Part shown: piece by piece, positions 37,290 to 46,217 of the stretch | Layout: each line of letters opens with the position of its first letter | Position numbering within the stretch: position 1 is the stretch's first letter | NCBI GenBank assembly: GCA_016187025.1 | Contig: JACPKM010000008.1 | Span: 1,361-65,360, forward strand | From: Candidatus Daviesbacteria bacterium | Lineage (GTDB): Bacteria > Patescibacteriota > Microgenomatia > Daviesbacterales > UBA10151 | Length of the DNA: 64,000 nucleotides | Reading direction: 5' to 3' | Program-made: the position numbers and the translations under genes | Notes under the pieces: generated by a model | The model's database searches: none | What the model was told of the DNA's origin: nothing | Seen by the model: only the letters and a program-made list of their open reading frames with translations

Positions 37290-38438
37290 TCAGCTGATTT
37301 CATGTGCGTACGCAGTTTCTATTGTTTTAGGTTTGCGGGAAACAGCTAGTTTTTTTAATCTGACTATTTCTCTGTAAACTTTCTCATACTTATCTGTCAT
37401 CTGAATATCATTGAAGTTTTTCAGAGCATATTGTCTACAAGCTCTTCTATCAATTGAATCAATATTTAAAATAGCATCGATCATTCCATTTAAATCACTC
37501 ACCACAAACCCGGTTTTACCATCATTAACTATTTCCGGAACCGATCCTAATCCAAAAGCAACAACCGGGCATCCTGTAGCCATAGCCTCAATCATAACCA
37601 GTCCAAAAGGCTCTCTAAAGGTGATCGGATGAAGCAAACACATTGCCTTACTCATCAACTTATTTCTCTCCTGCTCATCTACCTCACCTACAAATATAAT
37701 CTGGTCTGAAAGCAATGGCTCTATATATTCCTTAAAATAGACAACATCCTCTGGAACGTTTTTAATACTGTTTAGCTTGGCTGCAATAATGAGGGGAATA
37801 TTCAGATATTGTGCCACCTCAATTGCAAAGTGCACCCCCTTTTCCCGTGATATCCTCCCTACAAAAAGCAAATAACTGTCATGTTTTTCAGAAAATGGAT
37901 AGTTTCTCATGTTTAGACCATGATACACATTGGCAATGTAGTTTAAATTTGGTGCAGGATAGGCTTGGGATTTTGAAACCGTGACAAGATAAGGATTTCT
38001 TAAGCTGTCAAATATCTTTTTTTCATATACACTAATTGGCCCATGCAAAGTCATTACTACCGGAGTCTGGGAAATATTTGCAGTTGGCAGTGACCAGCAT
38101 TTGATTGTATGATCGTGGATAACATCAAACTGGTTTTGTAAACTATATGCAAAGCCAATATGGTGCATAGTCATCAAATTTGGACCAAATGCATCTTCCA
38201 GCTTGGCTGCAGTTAGTGCCTTTGGGTATAAAGACACAAGTCTGGCAGAAGTTGAGGAATCACCGCTTGCAAACAATGTCACCTCATGGCCACGCCTTAC
38301 CAACTCTTCTGTTAAGGCGTAAATGACCCTCTCAGTCCCTCCGTATTTGACAGGAGGAACCCGTTCTGCAATAGGGGCAATTATACCAATCCTTAATGGT
38401 CTATTATTACCATCTGAGTTTTTTTGCTTTTTTTGCAT
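37290..38438 (-). CDS. GT4 glycosyltransferase
   Basis: PPVKYGGTE and EPFGLVMIEAMATG. Confidence 0.93.
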   Translation of the reverse strand: MQKKQKNSDGNNRPLRIGIIAPIAERVPPVKYGGTERVIYALTEELVRRGHEVTLFASGDSSTSARLVSLYPKALTAAKLEDAFGPNLMTMHHIGFAYSLQNQFDVIHDHTIKCWSLPTANISQTPVVMTLHGPISVYEKKIFDSLRNPYLVTVSKSQAYPAPNLNYIANVYHGLNMRNYPFSEKHDSYLLFVGRISREKGVHFAIEVAQYLNIPLIIAAKLNSIKNVPEDVVYFKEYIEPLLSDQIIFVGEVDEQERNKLMSKAMCLLHPITFREPFGLVMIEAMATGCPVVAFGLGSVPEIVNDGKTGFVVSDLNGMIDAILNIDSIDRRACRQYALKNFNDIQMTDKYEKVYREIVRLKKLAVSRKPKTIETAYAHEIS

Positions 38439-38556
38439 AAAAAGATTTCAAAAAATCCTTAGATTATTCAACTGGGGCAGTAAGCAGTATAAAAAAATGA
38501 TAAAAAATAGAAGCTTTTATCAACTCTTGCACTGCCTCGAGCATTTTATCCATTGC

Positions 38557-38808
38557 CTATAACTTCCTTGCTGACTTAGAAGCAATTAAAATAATCATTG
38601 ATCCTAATGCAGCCACAATAAATGATAAGAGATTAAATTCCTCTATATTTATACCAAAGATAATATCTCCGAGCAACCCACCTACGAATGCACCTAAGAC
38701 TCCTAAAATAATTGCACCAATTAAACTGTCCCGGGAAGATGTGGGAGTAGATACGTGAACAATTAGTCCAATCAACACTCCAAACAATGCCCAGGACAGG
38801 AAATTCAT
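38557..38808 (-). CDS. GlsB/YeaQ/YmgE-family protein, second paralog
   Basis: IILGVLGAFVGGLLG; similar to 35608-35862. Confidence 0.9.
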   Translation of the reverse strand: MNFLSWALFGVLIGLIVHVSTPTSSRDSLIGAIILGVLGAFVGGLLGDIIFGINIEEFNLLSFIVAALGSMIILIASKSARKL

Positions 38809-38870
38809 AGATTAATAGTAGCTTTTAAAAATGAGTGAAAATACAATAATATGTAAGAGACAGGAAAGAA

Positions 38871-38899
38871 TTGACCGGATAGAGTTAATGTGGTATAAA
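38871..38899 (+). promoter_or_regulatory. Near-consensus sigma70 promoter
   Basis: TTGACC-17-TATAAA with TG extension. Confidence 0.65.
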
Positions 38900-38905
38900 A
38901 TAACT

Positions 38906-38964
38906 GCCTGATAACCGAAAGGTTGACGGGTTCTCGAAGGAAGCTCCCGCAAGGGGGCTTTTTT
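38906..38964 (+). ncRNA. Putative ~60-nt small RNA
   Basis: GAAA-capped hairpin, then terminator AAGCUCCC-GCAA-GGGGGCUU-UUUU; no ORF. Confidence 0.55.
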
Positions 38965-38984
38965 CGTGCTTCTGGTAAAGCGCC

Positions 38985-39899
38985 TTAAGCGTGAAACCTC
39001 CTAGTTGATATAAAGCTCGATTCTTCGTGAAGATATTTGCCTCCTCTTGATCCATTTGCTTCTATTAGTTGAACTTCATAGGAACTGCCAAAACTGTAAA
39101 ATGGAAAATGCTCACCCCATCCGGGCGCTACAGAGTTAGAGGTTAATTTTTGATATAAAAGTTCATCATCGCTTTCTAAAATACCCCGCCAACGTAAAAA
39201 CTCTTCTGGTAAAAAATGTTCACTGTTGTGTATAGATCTTGCGAGCAGATCACTTAGCACAAGCCTGACTACGGTCAACTCCCTTCTAACAGAACGGGGT
39301 GAGTCGCTACCATGAACCCAGTTTTCAGGTGCACTAACAGCATGTCTCCCTCTAATAGATTCTGGGCGCGCATCTTCTGGTTTGGTAGCCCCCATTTGCT
39401 CCCTCCACCATTGGACAGCATCTCCTCCTTCATCATGGATTAAAAGTACAGTTAATGGCCCACTGGTTGTAAATTCAATCAATCTTTGCCACACGGGTAC
39501 ATTAGAGACAGGGTCACAAATTTTTTTAAGCTTATCTTTATTTTCTATATAAAATGTTTCAGCTTGTTCAGGGGTGAGCTTCAAAGAAAAAGCTGTCATA
39601 ATTCTTTCTCTACCTATCTCATCCATAATCCCTGCTGCTGCCTGATCATCATTTTCTGGAAGTTGCCTGCTCTTTTTTGGATCCTCAGGCTGAGGTTTTA
39701 TCAAACCCAAGGTAACTTTTTGATCATGAATAAGTCTAGAAAGCCTAGGGTCTTCTAGTGCTGATTTCAGCTGAGAGACACCTTCTAATGCTGTTGACCC
39801 CAGGGCTACATAACCCTGATTAATTCCATCACAAACAACAGCTGCTTCAAAACGGGTAGATAGTACTTCTGGCACGCGGATATTTGACCTTATTTCCAT
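38985..39899 (-). CDS. Nucleoside diphosphate kinase domain protein with N- and C-terminal extensions
   Basis: TLGLIKP, FTTSGP, MGATKPEDARPESIRG and NWVHGSDS. Confidence 0.85.
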   Translation of the reverse strand: MEIRSNIRVPEVLSTRFEAAVVCDGINQGYVALGSTALEGVSQLKSALEDPRLSRLIHDQKVTLGLIKPQPEDPKKSRQLPENDDQAAAGIMDEIGRERIMTAFSLKLTPEQAETFYIENKDKLKKICDPVSNVPVWQRLIEFTTSGPLTVLLIHDEGGDAVQWWREQMGATKPEDARPESIRGRHAVSAPENWVHGSDSPRSVRRELTVVRLVLSDLLARSIHNSEHFLPEEFLRWRGILESDDELLYQKLTSNSVAPGWGEHFPFYSFGSSYEVQLIEANGSRGGKYLHEESSFISTRRFHA

Positions 39900-39952
39900 G
39901 ACGCGGAAAATTATAGCAGTAAATTAGGAAGATATCAACTATAGGATTCTCC

Positions 39953-40621
39953 CTAAGATTGACTTTTTTCTTGGATCAAATCTCTTAACCCAGGAAACCT
40001 TCCGAGAAGATGCAATGTAGATACATTACTCTTATTAACAGGATCTGGGTCACCTAAATCCTCCCCGGTATCCCCATATACGAATCTTTCCTGATCACCG
40101 TCATAGAGAAGGTCACGGATATAGTCCCTTGGTCTATATCCAGCTCTATCTAACTTTATTGCAATTGCTATAAGCTGAGCTAATGCTGCTTGAGATTCAT
40201 CTGTTTCTGGAGATAATCTTATCGCACGCAACACTTCTGCGGCTCTATCTGTAGGTATATAGTCCATATAAATAGACGCATCAACTACTCCATACGCGTA
40301 AGGAACGGCAATTCCACGCCTTGCCAAATCTTGATTTCTCCAAAACTCCGCTATAGCTTTTCCTATCATTGCACCCATAGAAACAATGCATTTTTCCCTC
40401 AACATTCTAGCAGAACTCCTACCTGTTTCAGGATTGTAAACACCTAAATGATACACCATATTATAGCTTTCTCCTCCTCTAAGAGTAGTTACCAGCCTTC
40501 CACTTAATAGTCTTTCTGTTGCAGATAAAACTCCTAAATCGCGAAGTAAAGAAACCGGTGGGCATGCATCGGAAGCTTGACCTGTACCATCATAGATTTG
40601 CGGAACAACCTCAAGGTTCAT
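39953..40621 (-). CDS. Divergent protein-kinase-like (RIO/Bud32/Kdo-type) fold protein
   Basis: LREK, AEF...LARRGIAVP, IYMDYI, YRPRD...DLL and GDTG; motifs are degenerate. Confidence 0.55.
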   Translation of the reverse strand: MNLEVVPQIYDGTGQASDACPPVSLLRDLGVLSATERLLSGRLVTTLRGGESYNMVYHLGVYNPETGRSSARMLREKCIVSMGAMIGKAIAEFWRNQDLARRGIAVPYAYGVVDASIYMDYIPTDRAAEVLRAIRLSPETDESQAALAQLIAIAIKLDRAGYRPRDYIRDLLYDGDQERFVYGDTGEDLGDPDPVNKSNVSTLHLLGRFPGLRDLIQEKSQS

Positions 40622-40792
40622 AGTAGTACATTATAGGCTTTAACATAATTATTTTCAAGCTATAGGTTATTTTTTTATAATCGCCCCTGTGAAACCTTTA
40701 TTTGAATATATAACTAATTTCATTAAAGCAGCAATAGGTATGTTTAAATTCAGAGTGGAGGAAATAAACTTAAGCTGATAGAATTAGCATAT

Positions 40793-40864
40793 GCCCCTAT
40801 AGCTTAACGGATAGAGCTCTGGTCTTCGGAACCAGCGGTGAGGGTTCGATTCCTTCTAGGGGCG
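40793..40864 (+). tRNA. tRNA-Arg(TCG)
   Basis: Acceptor GCCCCTA/TAGGGGC; anticodon arm CTGGT-CTTCGGA-ACCAG. Confidence 0.95.
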
Positions 40865-41470
40865 CTATTTGTCTTCACTTTTTTGTTCATCCTTCTCAGA
40901 ATCATCTGCACCACCCCTGCCCTTTTTGGAAACCTCAATTGCTTTCTCCATATCGCCTTTCGAGGATGAACCTTTTTTGATAACATCATTAAATTGTTGT
41001 TCCTGGCTTTCTAATTTTTGCTTTAATTTTTGTTCTTCACCTGATTTCTCTGCATCTTTTTTAGTCTTTAAAACCTCATCTTGGTAGTTTTTTATTGTTT
41101 CCCCTACCACTCCCTGATCTTTTTTATCCTCTACTGCTTGAATTACTTCTTCTGCTCTTTTTCCAACTTTGACATGTTTATCCCCTGACACATAAACCTC
41201 AATGCTTTCTGTAACTTTTTTTACAGGGTAAAGAGGATCCCCTGGCAAGGCTTTTTGAGAAGCTTGCACTACCCCAAATGAGAAAATTAAAAATATAAGA
41301 CCTGCAAAACCTGCCAAAAATAGTCTAAACTTTAAAACACTTCTAATAGGTGGTTTTGGTGTTTCAAGCTCAGCTTTAAGAGCCTGCCAGCCATATTCTA
41401 CTAATGAGGCTGGTGGATTTATATCCAGATAAGTTTTTTTAACCAGTTTCAATTTTTCTTCAAATTTCAT
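40865..41470 (-). CDS. Putative anti-sigma factor (TM plus DUF5667-like domain)
   Basis: ALPGDPLYPVKK motif after the TM; directly downstream of the ECF sigma gene. Confidence 0.75.
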   Translation of the reverse strand: MKFEEKLKLVKKTYLDINPPASLVEYGWQALKAELETPKPPIRSVLKFRLFLAGFAGLIFLIFSFGVVQASQKALPGDPLYPVKKVTESIEVYVSGDKHVKVGKRAEEVIQAVEDKKDQGVVGETIKNYQDEVLKTKKDAEKSGEEQKLKQKLESQEQQFNDVIKKGSSSKGDMEKAIEVSKKGRGGADDSEKDEQKSEDK

Positions 41471-41471
41471 C

Positions 41472-42020
41472 TTATTGATCCTCCACCTGCCCTTTTAACT
41501 TTAATAATATTCTGTGAATCATTACTCTTATCGCTCCCTCTTTTTTACCTATAATCTGGGCAATTTCACTATACTCAAGTTCTTCAAAAAACCTTAAGAC
41601 GATTATATTTCTTTCAGATGTCTTAAGCTTTCTTAAAGCATGCCATACAAAATCTTTTATCTCTTGCTTAAAAGCTAGTTCCTCTGGACCCGGATCATCT
41701 GATAAGAATTGTTCAAAACCCTCACCAAAACTGGTGGCACTGATCTCTTTCTTCTTACGGCTTTCATCGATTATTAAATGCCTGGCAATTGTAAAAAGAA
41801 ATGCCTGAATTGTTCCCTCTTCCACGGAAAACTTGGGTAGTGAAATCCAAGCTTTATAAAAAGTGGTTTGAGTAAGATCTTCTGCCAACTCTTTGTTACG
41901 GACAGAAAAGTATACAAATCTATAGATTTTTTTAAGGTAAAGCTTATAAATTTGTCCAAAAGCATCCTTATCTCCTTTTTGGGCTTGGTTAATAAGTTTT
42001 CTAATGTCGCTGGATTGCAT
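41472..42020 (-). CDS. ECF RNA polymerase sigma factor
   Basis: AEDLTQ, FLFTIARH and region 4 YSEIAQIIGK. Confidence 0.93.
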   Translation of the reverse strand: MQSSDIRKLINQAQKGDKDAFGQIYKLYLKKIYRFVYFSVRNKELAEDLTQTTFYKAWISLPKFSVEEGTIQAFLFTIARHLIIDESRKKKEISATSFGEGFEQFLSDDPGPEELAFKQEIKDFVWHALRKLKTSERNIIVLRFFEELEYSEIAQIIGKKEGAIRVMIHRILLKLKGQVEDQ

Positions 42021-42041
42021 TAGAGCCCATTCTACTACTTA

Positions 42042-42099
42042 TTAATACGTAAATGAAAACAATTTGTAACAAATTCCTTTGTACTTCGTTACAATTTGT
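42042..42099. promoter_or_regulatory. Overlapping divergent ECF-type promoters
   Basis: + strand TGTAAC-16-CGTTA (42065-42091); - strand TGTAAC-16-TGTTA and TGTTAC-16-CGTAT. Confidence 0.6.
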
Positions 42100-42495
42100 A
42101 TGAAGAAAGCTCAAATCTTTTTAGCAATTATCACACTGATAATTCTCACAAGCCCTCACTCTGCCTTAGGTAAAGATGGAAAAGGCGGAGGGAGTGATGA
42201 TGGGGGACGGGGACGTTCAAAAGTCGAGATAAGGATTGAAGATGATGAAGAAGAAGAGGCTCAAGAACAGCAACTAAGGGTGAGAATCAGTGATGAAAGA
42301 TTTGAAATCAGAGGTATGATTACTTCTGTCTTACAACCTTCTCCGACCCCCTCACCTACATCAACTTCTGCCCCTACTGCTACTTCATCGGCTGTCACCA
42401 GAGTGAGAGCTGAAATTAAAACTGCAGGAACAGCGGCTAGTGTAACCACTTTCCTAGAACAGGTTCTTACCTTTCTAAAAACCCTTCTTGGATAA
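42100..42495 (+). CDS. Secreted low-complexity protein, probable ECF target
   Basis: Signal peptide from ATG 42100, G/D-rich stretch and P/T linker. Confidence 0.75.
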   Translation: MKKAQIFLAIITLIILTSPHSALGKDGKGGGSDDGGRGRSKVEIRIEDDEEEEAQEQQLRVRISDERFEIRGMITSVLQPSPTPSPTSTSAPTATSSAVTRVRAEIKTAGTAASVTTFLEQVLTFLKTLLG

Positions 42496-42525
42496 TTTTT
42501 AATTCCTTTTAAGCAAGCTTTGGTA

Positions 42526-44610
42526 TCAATTGCAGGTGTTGAAGTAGTCAGATAAAACACTCATTTTTGTCTGCCATATATTTGTCCAATCATCCTGCAG
42601 GATTCCACCAGTATCACCTGAGTTTGGATTCCAGCTCCAGTAAAAAGAACTACACATCCCCTTTGATTTCATATAACTAACCCATGCTTGTTGTAAGGCT
42701 AGATCTTGAGCATTTCCTCCTGCTGTTCCCATTTTCCCTCCCCACTCTCCTGGAGCTAAGGTAAATCCGCCTGATGAAAGAAATCCAAATTGCGTATCCC
42801 AGATGACAGACATGTTCCTAGGAAAATTGGGATCTGAAAAGTATGATTGAGATGCCACATCTGGTCCATAAACATGTGGGGATAAAATTAATTTATTTGC
42901 CGGAATTAACGATGTCGAGATTGGAGTACATTTTTGAACCTCCAAATTTTCTCCCCAAAAATGGCCAAGATAACTGGAGCAATGGCTGCTTTCCCCTATT
43001 CCTTCTACAAACACTAAGATGTTAGGATTGGCTGCCAAAACTGCTTTACCTGATTTTTCTGCTGCGCTGTTCCAATCAGTTGAGGAATTACCTGTTCCCC
43101 AAGTAGCCACACCATGTGGTTCGTTTTTCAAATCTATTCCTACAAAATTTTGTAAGCTAGCATATCTTTTTGCAAGGTTAGAAAGATCAGCAATCCATTG
43201 GTTCTCAGAGTATGAGGAAGTATACCAAAGTTCAGAAATTGCCAAGCAATCCGGTCGGTGATGGTCAAGTAAAATATACATCCCTTGGTTATTCAACTCA
43301 CCCAGTACTTTATCCAGCACCTGCAAACTATTTAATCCTTGTAGATCCGCATTTTTACTATAATCTATTGATGAAACCTCTGCTCCATTAATAGTTGCCG
43401 GACAAACCGGCACTCTTACTGCATTAAATCCTAAGTTTTTCATTTGGGTTATCATTTCTTTATAGCCTCTGGACCAAAGGCCATGTACAACGTGAATTTC
43501 TGTTTCAAAACCAAACCAGTTTACTCCCTTAAGCTTTATTTGAACCCCCTGTTTATAGATTTTACCTGCCGATGTAGTATACCCGCCAAAACTTGGAGCA
43601 GTTGGTGTTGTATTAACAGCACTGCCTACTGGGGAATTGGTCAAACTAATATTGTCTATATATAGAGTCGGCTGGGGCTGACCTAAAGACTCTTGTATTA
43701 CTAGCCCCTTAATTTGTTTATTGCTTGCCAAAAGATCAGCAAGAGGAATGCTAAAGGTTGTAAAGCTTGTATTAGAAAGCGTTCCATAATTTCCTAAAGG
43801 CACTCCTTTAATGGCTTGATTGTTAACATCATAAACTATGACTTTATATTGTTGATTTGCTTGGGTTGCCTTTGCTGAAAAGCTTAAATGTGTATAGGGG
43901 GACGTATTAACTGCTGTGTCAGTATGAAGGTACAAACCTGCCCAAGCATTATTTGCCTGAAAACCGATAGCAGAGCTCAAACCGACACTTGCCCCCCAAG
44001 ACCAGTTAACCCAACTGTTTGCTAGCGAATCTGTATAAATATTCAAAGATGCCAAACTAACAGGCGCAGCTGGAGTAGAAGCAGAGTTTACAAACTCTAT
44101 TTGATCCAAAAATATTGCTGGCTGATTATTCCCTGTTACATCCTGCCATGCTATACCTTTGATAAATTTGGTAGAAATTGATGAAACTGGAATATTATAA
44201 ACTTTATAGGAGTTAGTTAACTCACCGCCAAAGTCTGCCAAATTAAGCTGAGTTGATGAATTGTTATTACTATCATAAATTAAGACTTTAATTTTAGGGT
44301 TACCGCCGTCACTTTGCATTGCAAACCTCAAAGATGAAAAGTTAGAGATATCCAAACCAGCATCTGTATGAAGATATAATGCTCCCCATCCATTTGGACC
44401 AAAAGCCAAGGATTTGTTACCCGAATAGAGTGGTACCGGATTATTAGGATTTATCCATGTATTCCAAGACCAGCTAACCCATCCGGAAGATAAAGAATCA
44501 TCATAAATTAATGTGTTTGGTGAGGCTGCAAAAACTAGTTTAGTTCCAAAAGCAAAAGATAAAACTAGAGCGAAAAGAAGACTGACTAATAGTTTTTTTG
44601 TTTTTAACAT
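42526..44610 (-). CDS. Secreted GH5 endoglucanase with two N-terminal CBM-like repeats
   Basis: GVNWFGFET, LKNEPH, SPHVYGP, GEWGG and WSWNPNSGDTGG; duplicated IYxDSL...WSW...LYLHTD module. Confidence 0.92.
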   Translation of the reverse strand: MLKTKKLLVSLLFALVLSFAFGTKLVFAASPNTLIYDDSLSSGWVSWSWNTWINPNNPVPLYSGNKSLAFGPNGWGALYLHTDAGLDISNFSSLRFAMQSDGGNPKIKVLIYDSNNNSSTQLNLADFGGELTNSYKVYNIPVSSISTKFIKGIAWQDVTGNNQPAIFLDQIEFVNSASTPAAPVSLASLNIYTDSLANSWVNWSWGASVGLSSAIGFQANNAWAGLYLHTDTAVNTSPYTHLSFSAKATQANQQYKVIVYDVNNQAIKGVPLGNYGTLSNTSFTTFSIPLADLLASNKQIKGLVIQESLGQPQPTLYIDNISLTNSPVGSAVNTTPTAPSFGGYTTSAGKIYKQGVQIKLKGVNWFGFETEIHVVHGLWSRGYKEMITQMKNLGFNAVRVPVCPATINGAEVSSIDYSKNADLQGLNSLQVLDKVLGELNNQGMYILLDHHRPDCLAISELWYTSSYSENQWIADLSNLAKRYASLQNFVGIDLKNEPHGVATWGTGNSSTDWNSAAEKSGKAVLAANPNILVFVEGIGESSHCSSYLGHFWGENLEVQKCTPISTSLIPANKLILSPHVYGPDVASQSYFSDPNFPRNMSVIWDTQFGFLSSGGFTLAPGEWGGKMGTAGGNAQDLALQQAWVSYMKSKGMCSSFYWSWNPNSGDTGGILQDDWTNIWQTKMSVLSDYFNTCN

Positions 44611-44705
44611 TGGCAGTGGCGAGGATAATAGCAGCTAATTTTTGGCTTGTCAAATCCCCAGATTAAGAGTTTGATTAACAATTAGTAAGAGCTGTGTAAT
44701 GAATT

Positions 44706-46202
44706 TTAAATTGGGAGATCTACGTCATAGCGCAGTCTATAGACTCTTATTTCCAAATTTTGGGAAAAGGTTTGCATGTCTAGGCGGTGAAAGTTTCTTT
44801 CGAAATAGTCCTCAACATCCTTCTTATTTCCCTGGTCGTAAGAAAATACTACAAAGACCCGTAAATACTGCTCTTGGTACTTTTTAATTTGTTCTTGAAG
44901 ATTTTCTATACTAAATGATGGAATCCCGCCTTTGGAAAACCTGTCCCAGTCAGGAATAGTAGCAACTTTGGTTTGCCCACGGTAATAATACTCAACTGGA
45001 TAAATAGTAAAGGGAGGGCTAAGTGCAATAATATCCCTTGGTGTAGCTTTTTTCTCAAGATAAGTTACTGCAGACTGATAGTTTTCTCTTATAGGAGATG
45101 ATGCTGAAGTATTTTGCAAAAATAGTAAACCCGTCATAAAAAATATTAATACAAAAGATAAAACATAAGTAAATTTTTTAGCATAAGATGACAAAAGCCA
45201 AGCAGTGATAATAAAAAGGAATGGACTAACAAATATTAGATAACGGGTCAAAAACAATGGTTTAAAAACATACGAGGCAGCAAATGCCAATATCATAGGT
45301 AAAAAAAAGATTGTAAAAAAATATCCCATAAAGGATGGCCTGAATAATACTTTTTGAGTAAAAATCAAAAAAATTATTATTACTAAAAATGGCCACATTG
45401 AAATTATGATTGACTGAATATCTTGAGGAGGAAAACCAAAAAGGAAATTAACAAGGGTTTGAAAAAGGTTATAACTGGTAGGAAGAGGAATCATAGGCAG
45501 TGTATTTGAGGCAAAGCCCAGCCCAATCATATAAATTATCCAAGGACTAAAAAGTATCAAATCCATCAAAATAAGCGCTGTAAATAAGAAAACTACGCGA
45601 AAATCTCTTTTTTTTTGGACCTTAATTATTTTTGTGGTTAACAAATAAAGAAATTGTGCTGCTACCAAAAAGAGAAAAAAATAATGGGTTAAGAACCCAA
45701 AAAGAGTCGATAAAAATAATCCAAACTTTCCTTCAACCCCACCAGATTTTAAAAACTTTAAGAAAAAAATACTGTTTAGAATAGACATTAAGACAAATAA
45801 GCTATACATCCTAGACTCTGATGAATACCACACAATAAATGGTGAGAAAGAAAATAACACCACTGATAAAATAGCTATCTTTTTGTTGCTTACTTGCTTT
45901 GTAAGCTGATACAGTGCAAAAAGAGAAGTAATAAAAAAGACCAATGATAAAGATCTGGCAACTACTACATCTGTGCCAAATATCTGCAACCAAACATGAA
46001 GCAGTAAAAAGTATAAAGGAACATGCACGTCTTCAGCTGTTATCTTTAACAGTTCTGGTACTGACTTTGTTGTCACCCAAATGGATTGCGCCTCATCCAG
46101 CCTTAATGATTGCGATTGCAAAGTAAAACTGTTTACTGCAAAGGCCACCAGTAATATCAAAGGTAAAACTGCCCACGCGGGTTGTTTTATATAGTTTGTC
46201 AT
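44706..46202 (-). CDS. GT-C fold (PMT/GT39/GT83-like) membrane glycosyltransferase
   Basis: LRLDEAQS, DVHVPLY and ESRMY; many TM segments. Confidence 0.85.
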   Translation of the reverse strand: MTNYIKQPAWAVLPLILLVAFAVNSFTLQSQSLRLDEAQSIWVTTKSVPELLKITAEDVHVPLYFLLLHVWLQIFGTDVVVARSLSLVFFITSLFALYQLTKQVSNKKIAILSVVLFSFSPFIVWYSSESRMYSLFVLMSILNSIFFLKFLKSGGVEGKFGLFLSTLFGFLTHYFFLFLVAAQFLYLLTTKIIKVQKKRDFRVVFLFTALILMDLILFSPWIIYMIGLGFASNTLPMIPLPTSYNLFQTLVNFLFGFPPQDIQSIIISMWPFLVIIIFLIFTQKVLFRPSFMGYFFTIFFLPMILAFAASYVFKPLFLTRYLIFVSPFLFIITAWLLSSYAKKFTYVLSFVLIFFMTGLLFLQNTSASSPIRENYQSAVTYLEKKATPRDIIALSPPFTIYPVEYYYRGQTKVATIPDWDRFSKGGIPSFSIENLQEQIKKYQEQYLRVFVVFSYDQGNKKDVEDYFERNFHRLDMQTFSQNLEIRVYRLRYDVDLPI

Positions 46203-46217
46203 GAATATTTTTAAAAC

